Shown here one piece after another: positions 20,064 to 29,473 of a stretch of DNA of 64,000 nt. The stretch spans positions 169,122-233,121 of the forward strand of contig CAYGTV010000002.1 of the NCBI GenBank assembly GCA_964353135.1, given 5' to 3'. A model generated the notes under the pieces. That model had not been told where the DNA came from. It searched no databases and saw nothing but the letters and a program-made list of their open reading frames with translations. The position numbers were made by a program, and so were the translations under genes. Every line of letters begins with the position of its first letter. Position 1 is the first letter of the stretch. The DNA comes from an uncultured Candidatus Saccharibacteria bacterium. Its GTDB lineage: Bacteria; Patescibacteriota; Minisyncoccia; Phycocordibacterales; UBA918.

Positions 20064-21227
20064 ATGAATCAGGTCATTATTCCGGCTGGCACAGCAGCCC
20101 CGACACACATGAAGCCAGTTACTCAAATCGAAAATTTAGCCGGGAAGTATGTCATTTTGCGGTCACCACTTAACTTGCCCGTCAGCGACGGAGTGGTAAC
20201 CAATGATTATCGACTGAAAAAAGCCTTACCAACTATGCGCTACTTGAGTGAAGCTGGGGCAAAGGTTATCGTTATAGGTCACATTGGGCGTAAACCAGAG
20301 GAAACTCTTAAACCGGTTTTTGATGTACTGCAAAACTACCTTCCAGCCCAGTGGGGTGGACTTATCGGAAGTGAAGAGTGCATGCAGCGACGGGGGTTGA
20401 TGCAAAACGGTGACATCCTCCTGCTGGAAAACACCCGTCAGGATGCGCGCTATGAAAATAACGAGTCCCAGTATGACGAAGAAATGGCAGCGCTTGGAGA
20501 CATCTTTGTGTTTGATGCGTTTTCAGTCGCTCACCGCGAACAAGCGTCTGTGACGGGAATTGCTTCTCACCTACCAAGCTACGCCGGCCTCACGATGCTA
20601 CAAGAAATTAAAAAACTCTCAGAGGTGATGAAACCAACTTCACCATCATTATTTATCATTGGTGGTGCAAAGTTTGACACCAAAATGCCGTTGGTAGAAA
20701 AGTATCTCAGTGTCTACAACCACACATTTATCGGGGGAGCGTTGGTAAATGATGTCCTCAAAGCCAAAGGATTTGAAGTTGGCACTTCACTTGTCTCAGA
20801 CGTGTCACTAGAAGGAGCATCGTTTCTTGATGATCCAAAACTACTCATGCCGGTTGATCTAGTGGTTAACGGTGGCACAGCTGGAAAACGAACCTGCGAC
20901 ATTGACCAGGTGCAATCAGACGAAGCAATTCTAGACGTTGGTCCAAAAACCGTTGCTATGCTGCGGGACTATATCGGGAAAGCCGCAACCATTTTATGGA
21001 ACGGTCCGTTTGGAAACTATGAAGGAGGCTACGTTGAAGCAACCGAAGCTGTCGCGAAACTTATTGCTGCATCTGACGCGACATCAGTTGTTGGCGGCGG
21101 CGACACAGTAGCAGCCATCGAAAAACTCGGTATTAACGATCAGTTTACTCACGTTTCAATCGGTGGCGGCGCGATGCTCGAGTTTTTAGAAAAGGGAACG
21201 TTACCCGTGATTGATTCACTTACGTAG
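20064..21227 (+). CDS. pgk: Phosphoglycerate kinase
   Basis: N-terminal substrate-binding and C-terminal nucleotide-binding regions (GGGDTVAAIEKLG, SIGGGAMLEFLEGK-like). 387 aa. Confidence 0.9.
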   Translation: MNQVIIPAGTAAPTHMKPVTQIENLAGKYVILRSPLNLPVSDGVVTNDYRLKKALPTMRYLSEAGAKVIVIGHIGRKPEETLKPVFDVLQNYLPAQWGGLIGSEECMQRRGLMQNGDILLLENTRQDARYENNESQYDEEMAALGDIFVFDAFSVAHREQASVTGIASHLPSYAGLTMLQEIKKLSEVMKPTSPSLFIIGGAKFDTKMPLVEKYLSVYNHTFIGGALVNDVLKAKGFEVGTSLVSDVSLEGASFLDDPKLLMPVDLVVNGGTAGKRTCDIDQVQSDEAILDVGPKTVAMLRDYIGKAATILWNGPFGNYEGGYVEATEAVAKLIAASDATSVVGGGDTVAAIEKLGINDQFTHVSIGGGAMLEFLEKGTLPVIDSLT

Positions 21228-21244
21228 TCAAAATTATTTAATAT

Positions 21245-21275
21245 AAAAACATGTCTCAGCGGGGACATGTTTTTA
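21245..21275. terminator. Bidirectional terminator (aaaaacatgtc tcagcggg gacatgttttt)
   Basis: Hairpin flanked by A-run and T-run between pgk (+) and the convergent ORF 21280-21861 (-). Confidence 0.7.
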
Positions 21276-21279
21276 TCAT

Positions 21280-21861
21280 TTAGTTAGGTAATCCAAAAAA
21301 TGCTCTTGTTTCAGCTTTATCTTGAAAGTGGTTAGATAAAACTGCGTCATACACATCTGCCGACTCAAAATCTTTTCCGACTCCGTAGCGGGCTGCTGCA
21401 AGCAAATCCTGCTTCAGAGACAAGATTAAAATCCTTTGTTCATCCGTAAGGTTACTCAATGGTTCTTGAAATCGACTATGGGTACCGTTTGACCACTCTG
21501 GTTTTTGTAGCCAGATATCACAGCTCCATTCAATATCTTGAAACTTAATTATGGGCGACACCCAGTATCCTGTCGGACGATCGCTTCCGTGTTTGTGTGG
21601 AAAGTTAACCCGGTCCGCTGTTTTTATGCCTGATACAAACTCTGATGCTAAAAAAGCGCTACACAAATCTACGTAGAGTTGTTTGCTGAGGTCGTTGTTG
21701 GTAATACCAAGGTCGATGTCTGGTTGATGCATCAGACTGTATAGGTAGCTGCCACCAATTTCAAGTTCACCAAACGGTTCGACGATTGGTTTGATAACTG
21801 TCTCCAGTAATTCAGTTGCCATTGATTGCATTCTTTGCTGTTGTTCAAGTAGTAGGTGCAT
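21280..21861 (-). CDS. Small nucleotidyltransferase-fold protein (hypothetical)
   Basis: A G-G-S...D-x-D pattern (GELEIGGSYLYSLMHQPDIDL) suggests a Pol-beta-type NTase fold. Start set to the internal Met (MHLLLEQQ) because the first 16 codons overlap a terminator hairpin. Confidence 0.4.
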   Translation of the reverse strand: MHLLLEQQQRMQSMATELLETVIKPIVEPFGELEIGGSYLYSLMHQPDIDLGITNNDLSKQLYVDLCSAFLASEFVSGIKTADRVNFPHKHGSDRPTGYWVSPIIKFQDIEWSCDIWLQKPEWSNGTHSRFQEPLSNLTDEQRILILSLKQDLLAAARYGVGKDFESADVYDAVLSNHFQDKAETRAFFGLPN

Positions 21862-21884
21862 AGAGTTTGAGTATACCAAAAAAT

Positions 21885-21907
21885 GGGCCGTCTCGATGAG
21901 ACGGCCC
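21885..21907 (-). terminator. Intrinsic terminator for the upstream minus-strand gene (gggccgtctc gatg agacggccc plus T-run on minus)
   Basis: Perfect 9-bp GC stem followed by attttttgg on the minus strand. Confidence 0.6.
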
Positions 21908-21924
21908 AAATTATTTTGTAAGAG

Positions 21925-22836
21925 CTAAACCTTTCCTCTATAGGCACCCCAAGCTGAATAGCCTTCATACGCTAGATAACCCAAAAGGACCCAGAAGGAC
22001 GTTCCATACGTTTCTGTGCTTGGGCCAAAGAAGACCAATATCAGTCCTGATAGGTTCAGAAAGAACAGCCACAGCACAAACCCAATAAGAGCGATACTGT
22101 TGACTATTTCGTGATGTCTTTTTATGAACCATGGTCCCTCGAGGTTGTTTGGCCCCCAGATTGAGTTGCTAGCACCCTCTCCCTTGTAAGGGAACACGTG
22201 GCCAAACACAGTCACGCCCAGCAGGATCCCTAACAATGCCAGGTGTACTTGTATAACCGAATTATCTACCAAGAAGTAGAGTGGCCACAACAAGATCAGG
22301 CTGATGATGGGTGACAGATGCAGTAGTGCAGCATATCGCCTTTGTGCCAGTGGAATGTCCATGCCGACCTCCCTTCTAGTGGTGTTTGTGGCCGGCTGTA
22401 CTTTTTGGTGCCAAGACACTGGTAGATGGGCTGAGAAAATGCCGTCCTGCGCCTCTAGGCCTAGGGGAGGAAACTGTCCTAGTGGATACCCATCGCGCTC
22501 AGTTGCCAGACACTTAAGCCATTCTTCAAGTTTCTCAACAGAAACCAATTGATCAACCTCAGGATTCAACAGAACCTCGGCGATTTCTTGTAGCGCCTCA
22601 TCACCTTCGGTGAAGTGTGTTCCGCTTTCGATCCTTTCACGGCTAGGTACATGCAGACCGCACCGCCATCCATGCGAGCATAAGAACCCAAAGTCACGGG
22701 CAATCCCCCATTCACGGTAGGTGATGAGAAGGTATTTTTCTGATTCACCCAGGTCAGCCATCAGCTTTTGGCCGGCTTCACTTTGGGTAAAAGTGTTAAG
22801 AACTTCTTTTACTTCTTCAATTTGTTCAAGAGACAT
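21925..22836 (-). CDS. Hypothetical protein: soluble N-terminal domain plus C-terminal 4-TM domain
   Basis: 303 aa. Residues 1 to about 175 are hydrophilic (one CxxxxC pair). Residues from about 180 onward form four hydrophobic helices. Confidence 0.5.
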   Translation of the reverse strand: MSLEQIEEVKEVLNTFTQSEAGQKLMADLGESEKYLLITYREWGIARDFGFLCSHGWRCGLHVPSRERIESGTHFTEGDEALQEIAEVLLNPEVDQLVSVEKLEEWLKCLATERDGYPLGQFPPLGLEAQDGIFSAHLPVSWHQKVQPATNTTRREVGMDIPLAQRRYAALLHLSPIISLILLWPLYFLVDNSVIQVHLALLGILLGVTVFGHVFPYKGEGASNSIWGPNNLEGPWFIKRHHEIVNSIALIGFVLWLFFLNLSGLILVFFGPSTETYGTSFWVLLGYLAYEGYSAWGAYRGKV

Positions 22837-22945
22837 AGTGCCTCCTCCTTCGAGATTAGTTTAGAGTGAGATTCCGCACTTCTTAAGGTAAGAGTGAAAT
22901 TAAAGCATTTTATTTCATTCTTGTCAATAGGTAAATTAAAAGTTG

Positions 22946-23290
22946 TTACTTATGTATTGCAAGAAAAATTCGATACGCTGTATACGCCAGAAGTACCCCT
23001 ACCAAACTCATGAGTAGATCGTGATATGAAAAGGATCGGTAGGTAAGTATAAGTTGAGAAAATTCATCAACTACTGCGAGCAATACAACAGAGGTAAGAG
23101 CAAATATGGTTGAGGTGTGTCGACGGTAGGCTACCGTAAGCGCAACCAGCGCTAGTGAGCCAAATACAATAATGTGTCCCAAGTCATCGAACCACCAGTA
23201 CTGCATAAAGTCTTCCGGAAATAAATCAAAGTTTGCCCACAATGAAGCGCTTATATAAACCAGTATAGGAATGAGTAGTAGGTAGCGCAT
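22946..23290 (-). CDS. VanZ-like small membrane protein
   Basis: 114 aa with three or four TM segments and the VanZ-type motif VVDEFSQ. Confidence 0.5.
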   Translation of the reverse strand: MRYLLLIPILVYISASLWANFDLFPEDFMQYWWFDDLGHIIVFGSLALVALTVAYRRHTSTIFALTSVVLLAVVDEFSQLILTYRSFSYHDLLMSLVGVLLAYTAYRIFLAIHK

Positions 23291-23706
23291 TATTTTGTTA
23301 AAGCGGCTTTAATTTTAGCGGCGTTAATTTCTCGTTCTTCAAGCGTGGCTTCATAGATAGAGGCACGTACGTCATTTAGTGCGGTGATGCCCGATTCCTG
23401 ACTGACTGGATAAAGTATGACATGAACGTGAGGCACCTGATAGCCTTCAATAACGAGACAGGTACGACTGGTGTTAAATGCTGCGTCGGAAGCTTTAGCA
23501 ATTTGCTGTGCCACCTTCATGAGGTGTCCGGCCAAGTCTGGTTCTAGGTCAGCAAAGTAACTAACCGGAGTACGTGGGATGACCATGCATTGTCCGGGAA
23601 TTGACGGAAAGGCATCCATCAGGACCACGCAGTGTTCGTCTTGGTATACCAATACTCCAGGAATTTCTTGATCGATAATTTTAGAAAAGATAGTTTTTTC
23701 ATCCAT
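23290..23706 (-). CDS. HIT-family (histidine triad) nucleotide hydrolase
   Basis: Histidine triad VPHVHVIL(Y)P plus a conserved N-terminal region. 138 aa. Confidence 0.85.
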   Translation of the reverse strand: MDEKTIFSKIIDQEIPGVLVYQDEHCVVLMDAFPSIPGQCMVIPRTPVSYFADLEPDLAGHLMKVAQQIAKASDAAFNTSRTCLVIEGYQVPHVHVILYPVSQESGITALNDVRASIYEATLEEREINAAKIKAALTK

Positions 23707-23734
23707 ATGTTAGAAATGGTACCATGTATGTATC

Positions 23735-25423
23735 ATGCCTACCTACTGCTGGCCGAAAGACGAGCCAAATCCCCTGATTGACTTGCCTGGTATTTCTCCG
23801 CTCCAGGCTGCTTTATTACACAACCGATCAGTGAAAGCTGATGAAGTAGCTAACTTTATTGCACCAGACTACAGTAAACATCTACATGACCCAATGCTCA
23901 TGAACGACATGGAGGCAGCTTGTGTACGGATTGAAGCAGCGCTAGATACCAAGCAACATGTCGCGGTGTTTGCGGACTATGATTGTGACGGGATTCCTGG
24001 TGCCGTGGTCGCTCATGACTTTTTTACGGCAGCAAAACACGAAAGCCTTACTATCTACATCCCACACCGTCACTACGAAGGATTTGGGCTAAGTGTTGCA
24101 GCGGTAGAAAAACTAGCTGAGAAGAAAGTCGACCTCATCATTACGATTGATTGCGGAGTGACCGATATTGACGCCGTAGAACGGGCCAACGCACTAGGTA
24201 TCGACGTCATTATCACTGATCACCATGAACCCAAAGAAACGTTGCCGGCTGCATTCGCTGTGGTGAATCCTAAACTTGGTGACTACCCGTTTCCTGACCT
24301 GTGTGGTGCGGCGGTGATGTTCAAATTAGCGCAAGCGTTGGTTTCTCGTCGTGATTATGGACTGGTTCCAGGGTATGAAAAGTGGTGGCTCGATATGGTG
24401 GCTATTGCCACCGTGGCAGATATGGTTCCACTGCTTGGTGAGAACCGAGTGTTAGCTCAGTATGGTTTGCAGGTGTTACGTAAATCACGTCGGCCGGGAC
24501 TGCAGCAGCTACTGAAAACAGCCAAAGCCAACCAAATCACCCTGACCGAAGAAGACATCGGGTTTGCTATCGGTCCACGAGTCAATGCCGCCTCACGCAT
24601 GGATACGCCTGAGGACGCGTTTCGTCTGCTTACCGCTAGTACAATCGAAGAAGCCAGTGAACGAATTACTCACCTCGAGGATCTCAATCAATCTCGTAAA
24701 ACTGCAGTGGGTTTGATGACCAAAGAGCTACACAAAAAAATGCAGATGCTAGAGGAAATCCCAGCGGTGATTGTGATGGGTGATCCGACCTGGCGTCCGT
24801 CACTGGTTGGTCTTGCTGCCAACAAAATTGCCGAAGAATATGGTCGTCCGGCATTTATCTGGGGTCGTGACGGAAATGATGTGTACAAAGGATCAGCCCG
24901 TTCCGGCGGATCAACGAGCGTTGTAACTCTGATGCAGGCGGCAGCGGATGCATTTAAAGAATTCGGTGGGCACCACGTAGCTGGAGGTTTTTCAGTAACA
25001 GACGAAGGTATTCATACGTTTGGTGAACAGTTAAACCAGGCTCACGCCGAACTAGGTGAAGCGGCGTTTATACAAGAAGAAGTGGTAATCGATGCCGCTA
25101 TCAGGCTCGAGGATGTCAACCAGCTGCTAATCAATGATCTACAGGTACTGGCACCTTTTGGCGCTGCCAACCGAAAACCATTGTTTGCTTTTAAAAACGT
25201 ATCACCATTAGGAGTTGAACAATTTGGTAAAACTAAAGAGCATTTAAAACTAACGTTCGGCACAGAATCTGGTCGCTCTGAAGCCATTGCATTTTTTGCT
25301 ACCCCAACGGACTACACCCGGGAACCAAAAGTGGGCGAAGACTGTACGGTTCTGGCCCACGTAGAGCAATCACATTTCATGGGTCGCGCGCAGATCAGAA
25401 TGATGATCGTGGATGTTGTGTAA
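23735..25423 (+). CDS. recJ: Single-stranded-DNA-specific exonuclease RecJ (DHH/DHHA1)
   Basis: DHH motifs (FADYDCDGIPGA, DHH at ITDHHEP) and a DHHA1 region with GGH (FGGHHVAGGF). Confidence 0.85.
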   Translation: MPTYCWPKDEPNPLIDLPGISPLQAALLHNRSVKADEVANFIAPDYSKHLHDPMLMNDMEAACVRIEAALDTKQHVAVFADYDCDGIPGAVVAHDFFTAAKHESLTIYIPHRHYEGFGLSVAAVEKLAEKKVDLIITIDCGVTDIDAVERANALGIDVIITDHHEPKETLPAAFAVVNPKLGDYPFPDLCGAAVMFKLAQALVSRRDYGLVPGYEKWWLDMVAIATVADMVPLLGENRVLAQYGLQVLRKSRRPGLQQLLKTAKANQITLTEEDIGFAIGPRVNAASRMDTPEDAFRLLTASTIEEASERITHLEDLNQSRKTAVGLMTKELHKKMQMLEEIPAVIVMGDPTWRPSLVGLAANKIAEEYGRPAFIWGRDGNDVYKGSARSGGSTSVVTLMQAAADAFKEFGGHHVAGGFSVTDEGIHTFGEQLNQAHAELGEAAFIQEEVVIDAAIRLEDVNQLLINDLQVLAPFGAANRKPLFAFKNVSPLGVEQFGKTKEHLKLTFGTESGRSEAIAFFATPTDYTREPKVGEDCTVLAHVEQSHFMGRAQIRMMIVDVV

Positions 25424-25430
25424 AGTAGTG

Positions 25431-25527
25431 CACCGGCTAGCTAGAAATCGATTCCCGCGCTCCTTGTCTGCCCCAGCCAAACCCACTCAGACATAGTCGC
25501 TTATTGCTGATTTCTAGCTAGCCAGCT
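25431..25527 (+). other. Long-range inverted repeat (ggctagctagaaatc...gatttctagctagcc, 15-bp arms, ~60-nt spacer) in the recJ-rnhA intergenic region
   Basis: Seen in the sequence. It could form a large stem-loop in the rnhA leader or the recJ 3' end. Confidence 0.35.
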
Positions 25528-25547
25528 ATCATGGTATTGTGTTGCGT

Positions 25548-25961
25548 ATGCAAAAGCTAACTATTTTCACTGACGGGGGAGCGAGGGGTAACCCGGGGCC
25601 AGCGGCGATTGGGGTGGTTATTTATGACGAGCAAGACAATGAAATGAGCACGGTCAGTGAAGCAATTGGTGTTGCGACTAATAATATTGCTGAATACAAA
25701 GCAATCGTCCGTGCGCTTCAGCACACCGCCACAATTGTCGATGACACCAAAGCTGTGAAAATTACCCTGAATCTAGACAGCCAGCTGTGTCAGCGGCAGC
25801 TCATTGGTGAATACAAAGTTAAGGATGCGACTCTTAAGGTTTTATATGCTGAAGTAAAGGAACTCGAACGAGAGTATGCGTCGGTTGATTATATTCACGT
25901 CAAACGAGAATTAAACAAAGTGGCAGACAAACTGGTGAATCAGGCCCTTGACGCACTATAG
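25548..25961 (+). CDS. rnhA: Ribonuclease H (RNase HI-type)
   Basis: TDGGARGNPGPAAIGVVI and the EAIGVATNNIAEYKAI motifs are typical of RNase H-like nucleases. Confidence 0.7.
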   Translation: MQKLTIFTDGGARGNPGPAAIGVVIYDEQDNEMSTVSEAIGVATNNIAEYKAIVRALQHTATIVDDTKAVKITLNLDSQLCQRQLIGEYKVKDATLKVLYAEVKELEREYASVDYIHVKRELNKVADKLVNQALDAL

Positions 25962-26019
25962 GGGTTTGGCGTAAGGTATCGCGTACGACACACAGTCGTG
26001 AATAAGAGGGAGAAGATCT

Positions 26020-26310
26020 TTGAACAACAAAAGTAAAGCAGCAGAAGATGCGCGCACAAAGCTGGCCCGGCAGATTCTTCCCGGGATGAAAGGGACGATT
26101 GAAATCGAAGGAAAGAAACAAAATGTGCGCATCACAAAGTCAGGCATGATTGTCGGCGCCACCCGTCGCAATCAAAATCTGCGCATCAACCCAGAGGATT
26201 TGAGGTCATCTTCAGGTGAGCCGGTACCTTTGCCATCATTTGATCCGACTCCACCCGACAGTGGAATTGACGCTATGTATGGTCATGGCTCACGTCTGGC
26301 TGCTGAATAG
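26020..26310 (+). CDS. Hypothetical small basic protein (96 aa)
   Basis: ORF followed by a strong double-hairpin terminator. No family recognised. Confidence 0.4.
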   Translation: MNNKSKAAEDARTKLARQILPGMKGTIEIEGKKQNVRITKSGMIVGATRRNQNLRINPEDLRSSSGEPVPLPSFDPTPPDSGIDAMYGHGSRLAAE

Positions 26311-26315
26311 AACAC

Positions 26316-26367
26316 GGGACACTGGGCTTTACCCAGTGTCCCCACGCCCCACCTCGGGGTTTTTTTA
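26316..26367 (+). terminator. Tandem hairpins plus T7 tract (gggacactgggctttacccagtgtccc / ccccacctcgggg ttttttt)
   Basis: Seen directly after ORF 26020-26310. Confidence 0.7.
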
Positions 26368-26385
26368 TTTGCTAGACTAAAGTAT

Positions 26386-27948
26386 ATGAATGGTTGGCAG
26401 TTACTGACTGTGTGGAGTGGACTACTGATTGGAGTAGGGCTTGAAAGTTGGCTGAGTATATCATTGAACGTACTGCTACTTCTGCTTGCATTAGCGTTTC
26501 TGTCTGGGGTCTGGTGGCGACGGTTGGGGGATGTTAGAAGTTTGGTTGTTAGTCTGTGTTTGCTTCTAGTATGCATTGGCATTGTGCGCACGCAGTGGTT
26601 TGAAACCCAGTTTACCGATACACAGTTGGCCGAGCAGGTTGGCGAACGAGTAACAATTACTGGATTGGTAGCGAGCGAACCTGACGAGCGGGTTAACTTC
26701 ACCCAGTTATTTGTTGCAACTGAATCTGATGTGGTGCTAGTTAGGGCTGATCGTTTTTCAGATGTGCAGTATGGCGACGTCGTCTCGGTTTCTGGGAAAC
26801 TCGAAGTTCCAGAAGCGTTTTCGACTGATACTGGTCGGGTATTTGATTATCCAAAATATTTACAAGTACGGGGAGTGCAGTACGTAATTGGGTTTGCTTC
26901 GATTGAGGTGACGGAAAATGGACAGGGGAATCAATCACTGGCTTTTTTATACGACAGTAAAGCGCGCTTTATCACTGCGCTTGAGCAAGTAATCAGCAGT
27001 CCGCAGGTGGACCTAGGAGTCGGCTTGTTACTCGGAGTGAAGCAAGCGCTGGGAGACGAGCTTGAAACTGCGTTTCGCCAAACCGGGATTATTCATATTG
27101 TGGTTCTTTCGGGGTACAACGTGATGCTGGTGGTTGGGTTCTTCTGGTGGATCTCATCCTGGTTTCTACCGATCCGGGGACGGATTGTATTTGGTTTGGT
27201 TGGAATCACGCTCTTTGCGTTGTTGGTTGGATTGTCCGCTACGGTAGTGCGCGCTAGTATCATGGCGGCGATACTTTTGATTGGAAAATGGATGGGGCGG
27301 TTGTATGACGTTTTGCGCGCGCTCCTGTTTGCAGCGGGGGTTATGGTGCTGATCAATCCGTACATCTTACTCTACGACATCGGGTTCCAGCTCTCGTTTA
27401 TGGCAACCCTTGGACTAGTTCTACTTCTACCGCAATTTGAATCAACCTTAGCTACCCATTCCTCTACTCTCAAACTACGCGACCTGTTCATGGCTACCCT
27501 GGTTACTCAGTTATTTGTATTGCCACTTTTGATGTACCACATTGGTGAGGTGTCGATTGTGTCGGTCGTGGTCAATATGCTCGTACTTCCAATGGTGCCG
27601 GTAGCAATGATGCTGACGTTTGTTGCTGGGTTAGTTAGTTTAGTTTGGGTACCACTTGGGGCACTGTTTGGACTGCTCGCCCAGCTGCCTCTAACCTACA
27701 TAATTTTGGCAGCGGAATGGTTCGCTTCGCTACCATTTGCGGCGATCACCATTCCACCAATTTCAATCTGGACCATGGTGATGATGTATATCGCTCCGAC
27801 GGTTTTGTTTGCGCTGTGGAAGCGTCGCATGACACACCTCTCACCTGATCCAGTTGCTAACTGGACGATTGTGGAAGAAGTTGAATCCAAAACCACCCTA
27901 GAAGCGGATGCTTCTAGGGTGGCTGAAGTGCCCGTTATTTTGCGTTAG
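26386..27948 (+). CDS. comEC: ComEC/Rec2 DNA-uptake channel, membrane part (DUF4131 plus competence domain)
   Basis: Polytopic with an N-terminal OB-like segment and the conserved competence-domain region (IIHIVVLSGYNVMLVVGFF...). Confidence 0.8.
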   Translation: MNGWQLLTVWSGLLIGVGLESWLSISLNVLLLLLALAFLSGVWWRRLGDVRSLVVSLCLLLVCIGIVRTQWFETQFTDTQLAEQVGERVTITGLVASEPDERVNFTQLFVATESDVVLVRADRFSDVQYGDVVSVSGKLEVPEAFSTDTGRVFDYPKYLQVRGVQYVIGFASIEVTENGQGNQSLAFLYDSKARFITALEQVISSPQVDLGVGLLLGVKQALGDELETAFRQTGIIHIVVLSGYNVMLVVGFFWWISSWFLPIRGRIVFGLVGITLFALLVGLSATVVRASIMAAILLIGKWMGRLYDVLRALLFAAGVMVLINPYILLYDIGFQLSFMATLGLVLLLPQFESTLATHSSTLKLRDLFMATLVTQLFVLPLLMYHIGEVSIVSVVVNMLVLPMVPVAMMLTFVAGLVSLVWVPLGALFGLLAQLPLTYIILAAEWFASLPFAAITIPPISIWTMVMMYIAPTVLFALWKRRMTHLSPDPVANWTIVEEVESKTTLEADASRVAEVPVILR

Positions 27949-27954
27949 GTCAGT

Positions 27955-28545
27955 TTATGCCAAGCGCCCTGCTACCACTTCCCAGTTGAGGTTTTTGAAA
28001 AACGCATCAACGTATTGTCCTTTGTCTCCTGATACATAGTCTCGCAAGTATGAGTGTTCCCACATATCAAGTGCCAGGATGATGTCGACGTCAGCTAGTT
28101 GTCCGATGTGTTGCTCATCAACCCAGGTTTGTACGAGTTGGTCTGTGTGTGGGTCGTGATACATCATTGCCCAGCCAGTTCCGCGGGTCATGGCGATTTG
28201 TTTAAATCTAGTCAGCCACGCGTCAAACGTACCCCATTGGAATTCTATTTTTTCTTTGAGTGGACTATCTGGTAGATCAGTCGCGCCACCTTCTAGTTGA
28301 GCAAAGTAGTACTCATGGTTTCGCATACCGCCAAATTCAAACCCGAGCCGTCGCTGCATTTCTGCGATGGCATAGCCGTTGTTATCAGTGTCAGCGCTGT
28401 AGGCAGCGATTTTCTCTCGGATCAGGTTGACATGCTTAACGTACCCGGCGTATAGACCGAGGTGCATGTCGATGGTGTCTTTTGAAATCCCTTCTAGTTC
28501 TGGAATATCAAATGATACTGGTTCGTAAGTCATAGTGAAGAACAT
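27955..28545 (-). CDS. sodA: Fe/Mn superoxide dismutase
   Basis: Metal ligands and the SOD signature D-x-W-E-H-(S/A)-Y (LDMWEHSYLRDY). 196 aa. Confidence 0.9.
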   Translation of the reverse strand: MFFTMTYEPVSFDIPELEGISKDTIDMHLGLYAGYVKHVNLIREKIAAYSADTDNNGYAIAEMQRRLGFEFGGMRNHEYYFAQLEGGATDLPDSPLKEKIEFQWGTFDAWLTRFKQIAMTRGTGWAMMYHDPHTDQLVQTWVDEQHIGQLADVDIILALDMWEHSYLRDYVSGDKGQYVDAFFKNLNWEVVAGRLA

Positions 28546-29431
28546 ATTTATACTAATGCTCGCATTGTATCATGGGGGTATGGATTTGCGGGAATTGTAT
28601 CGATATGGATTGCTGGTGATTTTGGCTATTAGCGGACTTGGCCTGAGTGTATTTGGGCAGGCTAGTGGCTCTGATTTTCTCAAGGTGCACTTTCTGGATG
28701 TTGGGCAAGGGGACGCAGTATTGATTCAAACACCCGATGGATATGAAGTATTGATCGATGGTGGGGCAACTAGTCAGGTGATCAGACAGCTCGCAACAGA
28801 GCAGTCATGGAATGACAGCTTGATTGATGTGGTGATTGCCACCCATCCTGACACTGACCATGTTGGTGGATTAGTTGATGTGCTTGAGAGATACGATGTT
28901 GACCTGATTGTGCAAACGGAAGCTGAAAGCGACAGTCCAGCGGCGGTCGCGTTTTCTAAAGCGGTTGCTTTAGAAAACGCGACCGTGCAGTTTGCCAGGG
29001 CAGGGCAGGTCATCCAGGTCGGCGCCTCAACCACGATCCAGATACTCTCACCAGCGAGTGAAACTGACAACTGGCGAGCCAACGCAGCATCAGTCATAGT
29101 CCGAGTTGTATACGGTGACACGGCTTTTATGTTGACTGGTGATGCTCCAATTTCAATTGAAGATTATTTGGTTGGTGTCTATGGAGAGAGTCTACAATCA
29201 AATGTTCTCAAACTGGGTCACCATGGTTCGCAGACCTCGACCAGCGGATTATTTCTCGATACCGTTCAACCGCAGTACGCAGTTGTGTCAGCCGGTATCG
29301 ATAACCGCTATGGCCACCCAGACCAAAATGTTATGCAACGTGTGTTCGCTCGCAATATACAAACCTCTCATACTGGCATTGATGGCAGTGTTTCGTTTTA
29401 TAGTGATGGTCGGCGTGTATGGCAGGAATAA
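28535..29431 (+). CDS. ComEC C-terminal-type metallo-beta-lactamase-fold domain protein (separate ORF)
   Basis: The N-terminal TM anchor is followed by VHFLDVGQGDAVLIQTPDG...HPDTDHVGG, the MBL domain normally fused to ComEC. The true start may be 28556 or 28580, which would avoid the overlap with sodA. Confidence 0.75.
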   Translation: MKNIFILMLALYHGGMDLRELYRYGLLVILAISGLGLSVFGQASGSDFLKVHFLDVGQGDAVLIQTPDGYEVLIDGGATSQVIRQLATEQSWNDSLIDVVIATHPDTDHVGGLVDVLERYDVDLIVQTEAESDSPAAVAFSKAVALENATVQFARAGQVIQVGASTTIQILSPASETDNWRANAASVIVRVVYGDTAFMLTGDAPISIEDYLVGVYGESLQSNVLKLGHHGSQTSTSGLFLDTVQPQYAVVSAGIDNRYGHPDQNVMQRVFARNIQTSHTGIDGSVSFYSDGRRVWQE

Positions 29432-29432
29432 T

Positions 29433-29462
29433 AAAAACGGACACCACTTGGTGTCCGTTTTT
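29433..29462. terminator. Bidirectional terminator (aaaaacggacaccacttggtgtccgttttt)
   Basis: Perfect hairpin between the MBL gene (+) and rpmB (-). Confidence 0.75.
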
Positions 29463-29473
29463 ATAATCTGGAG

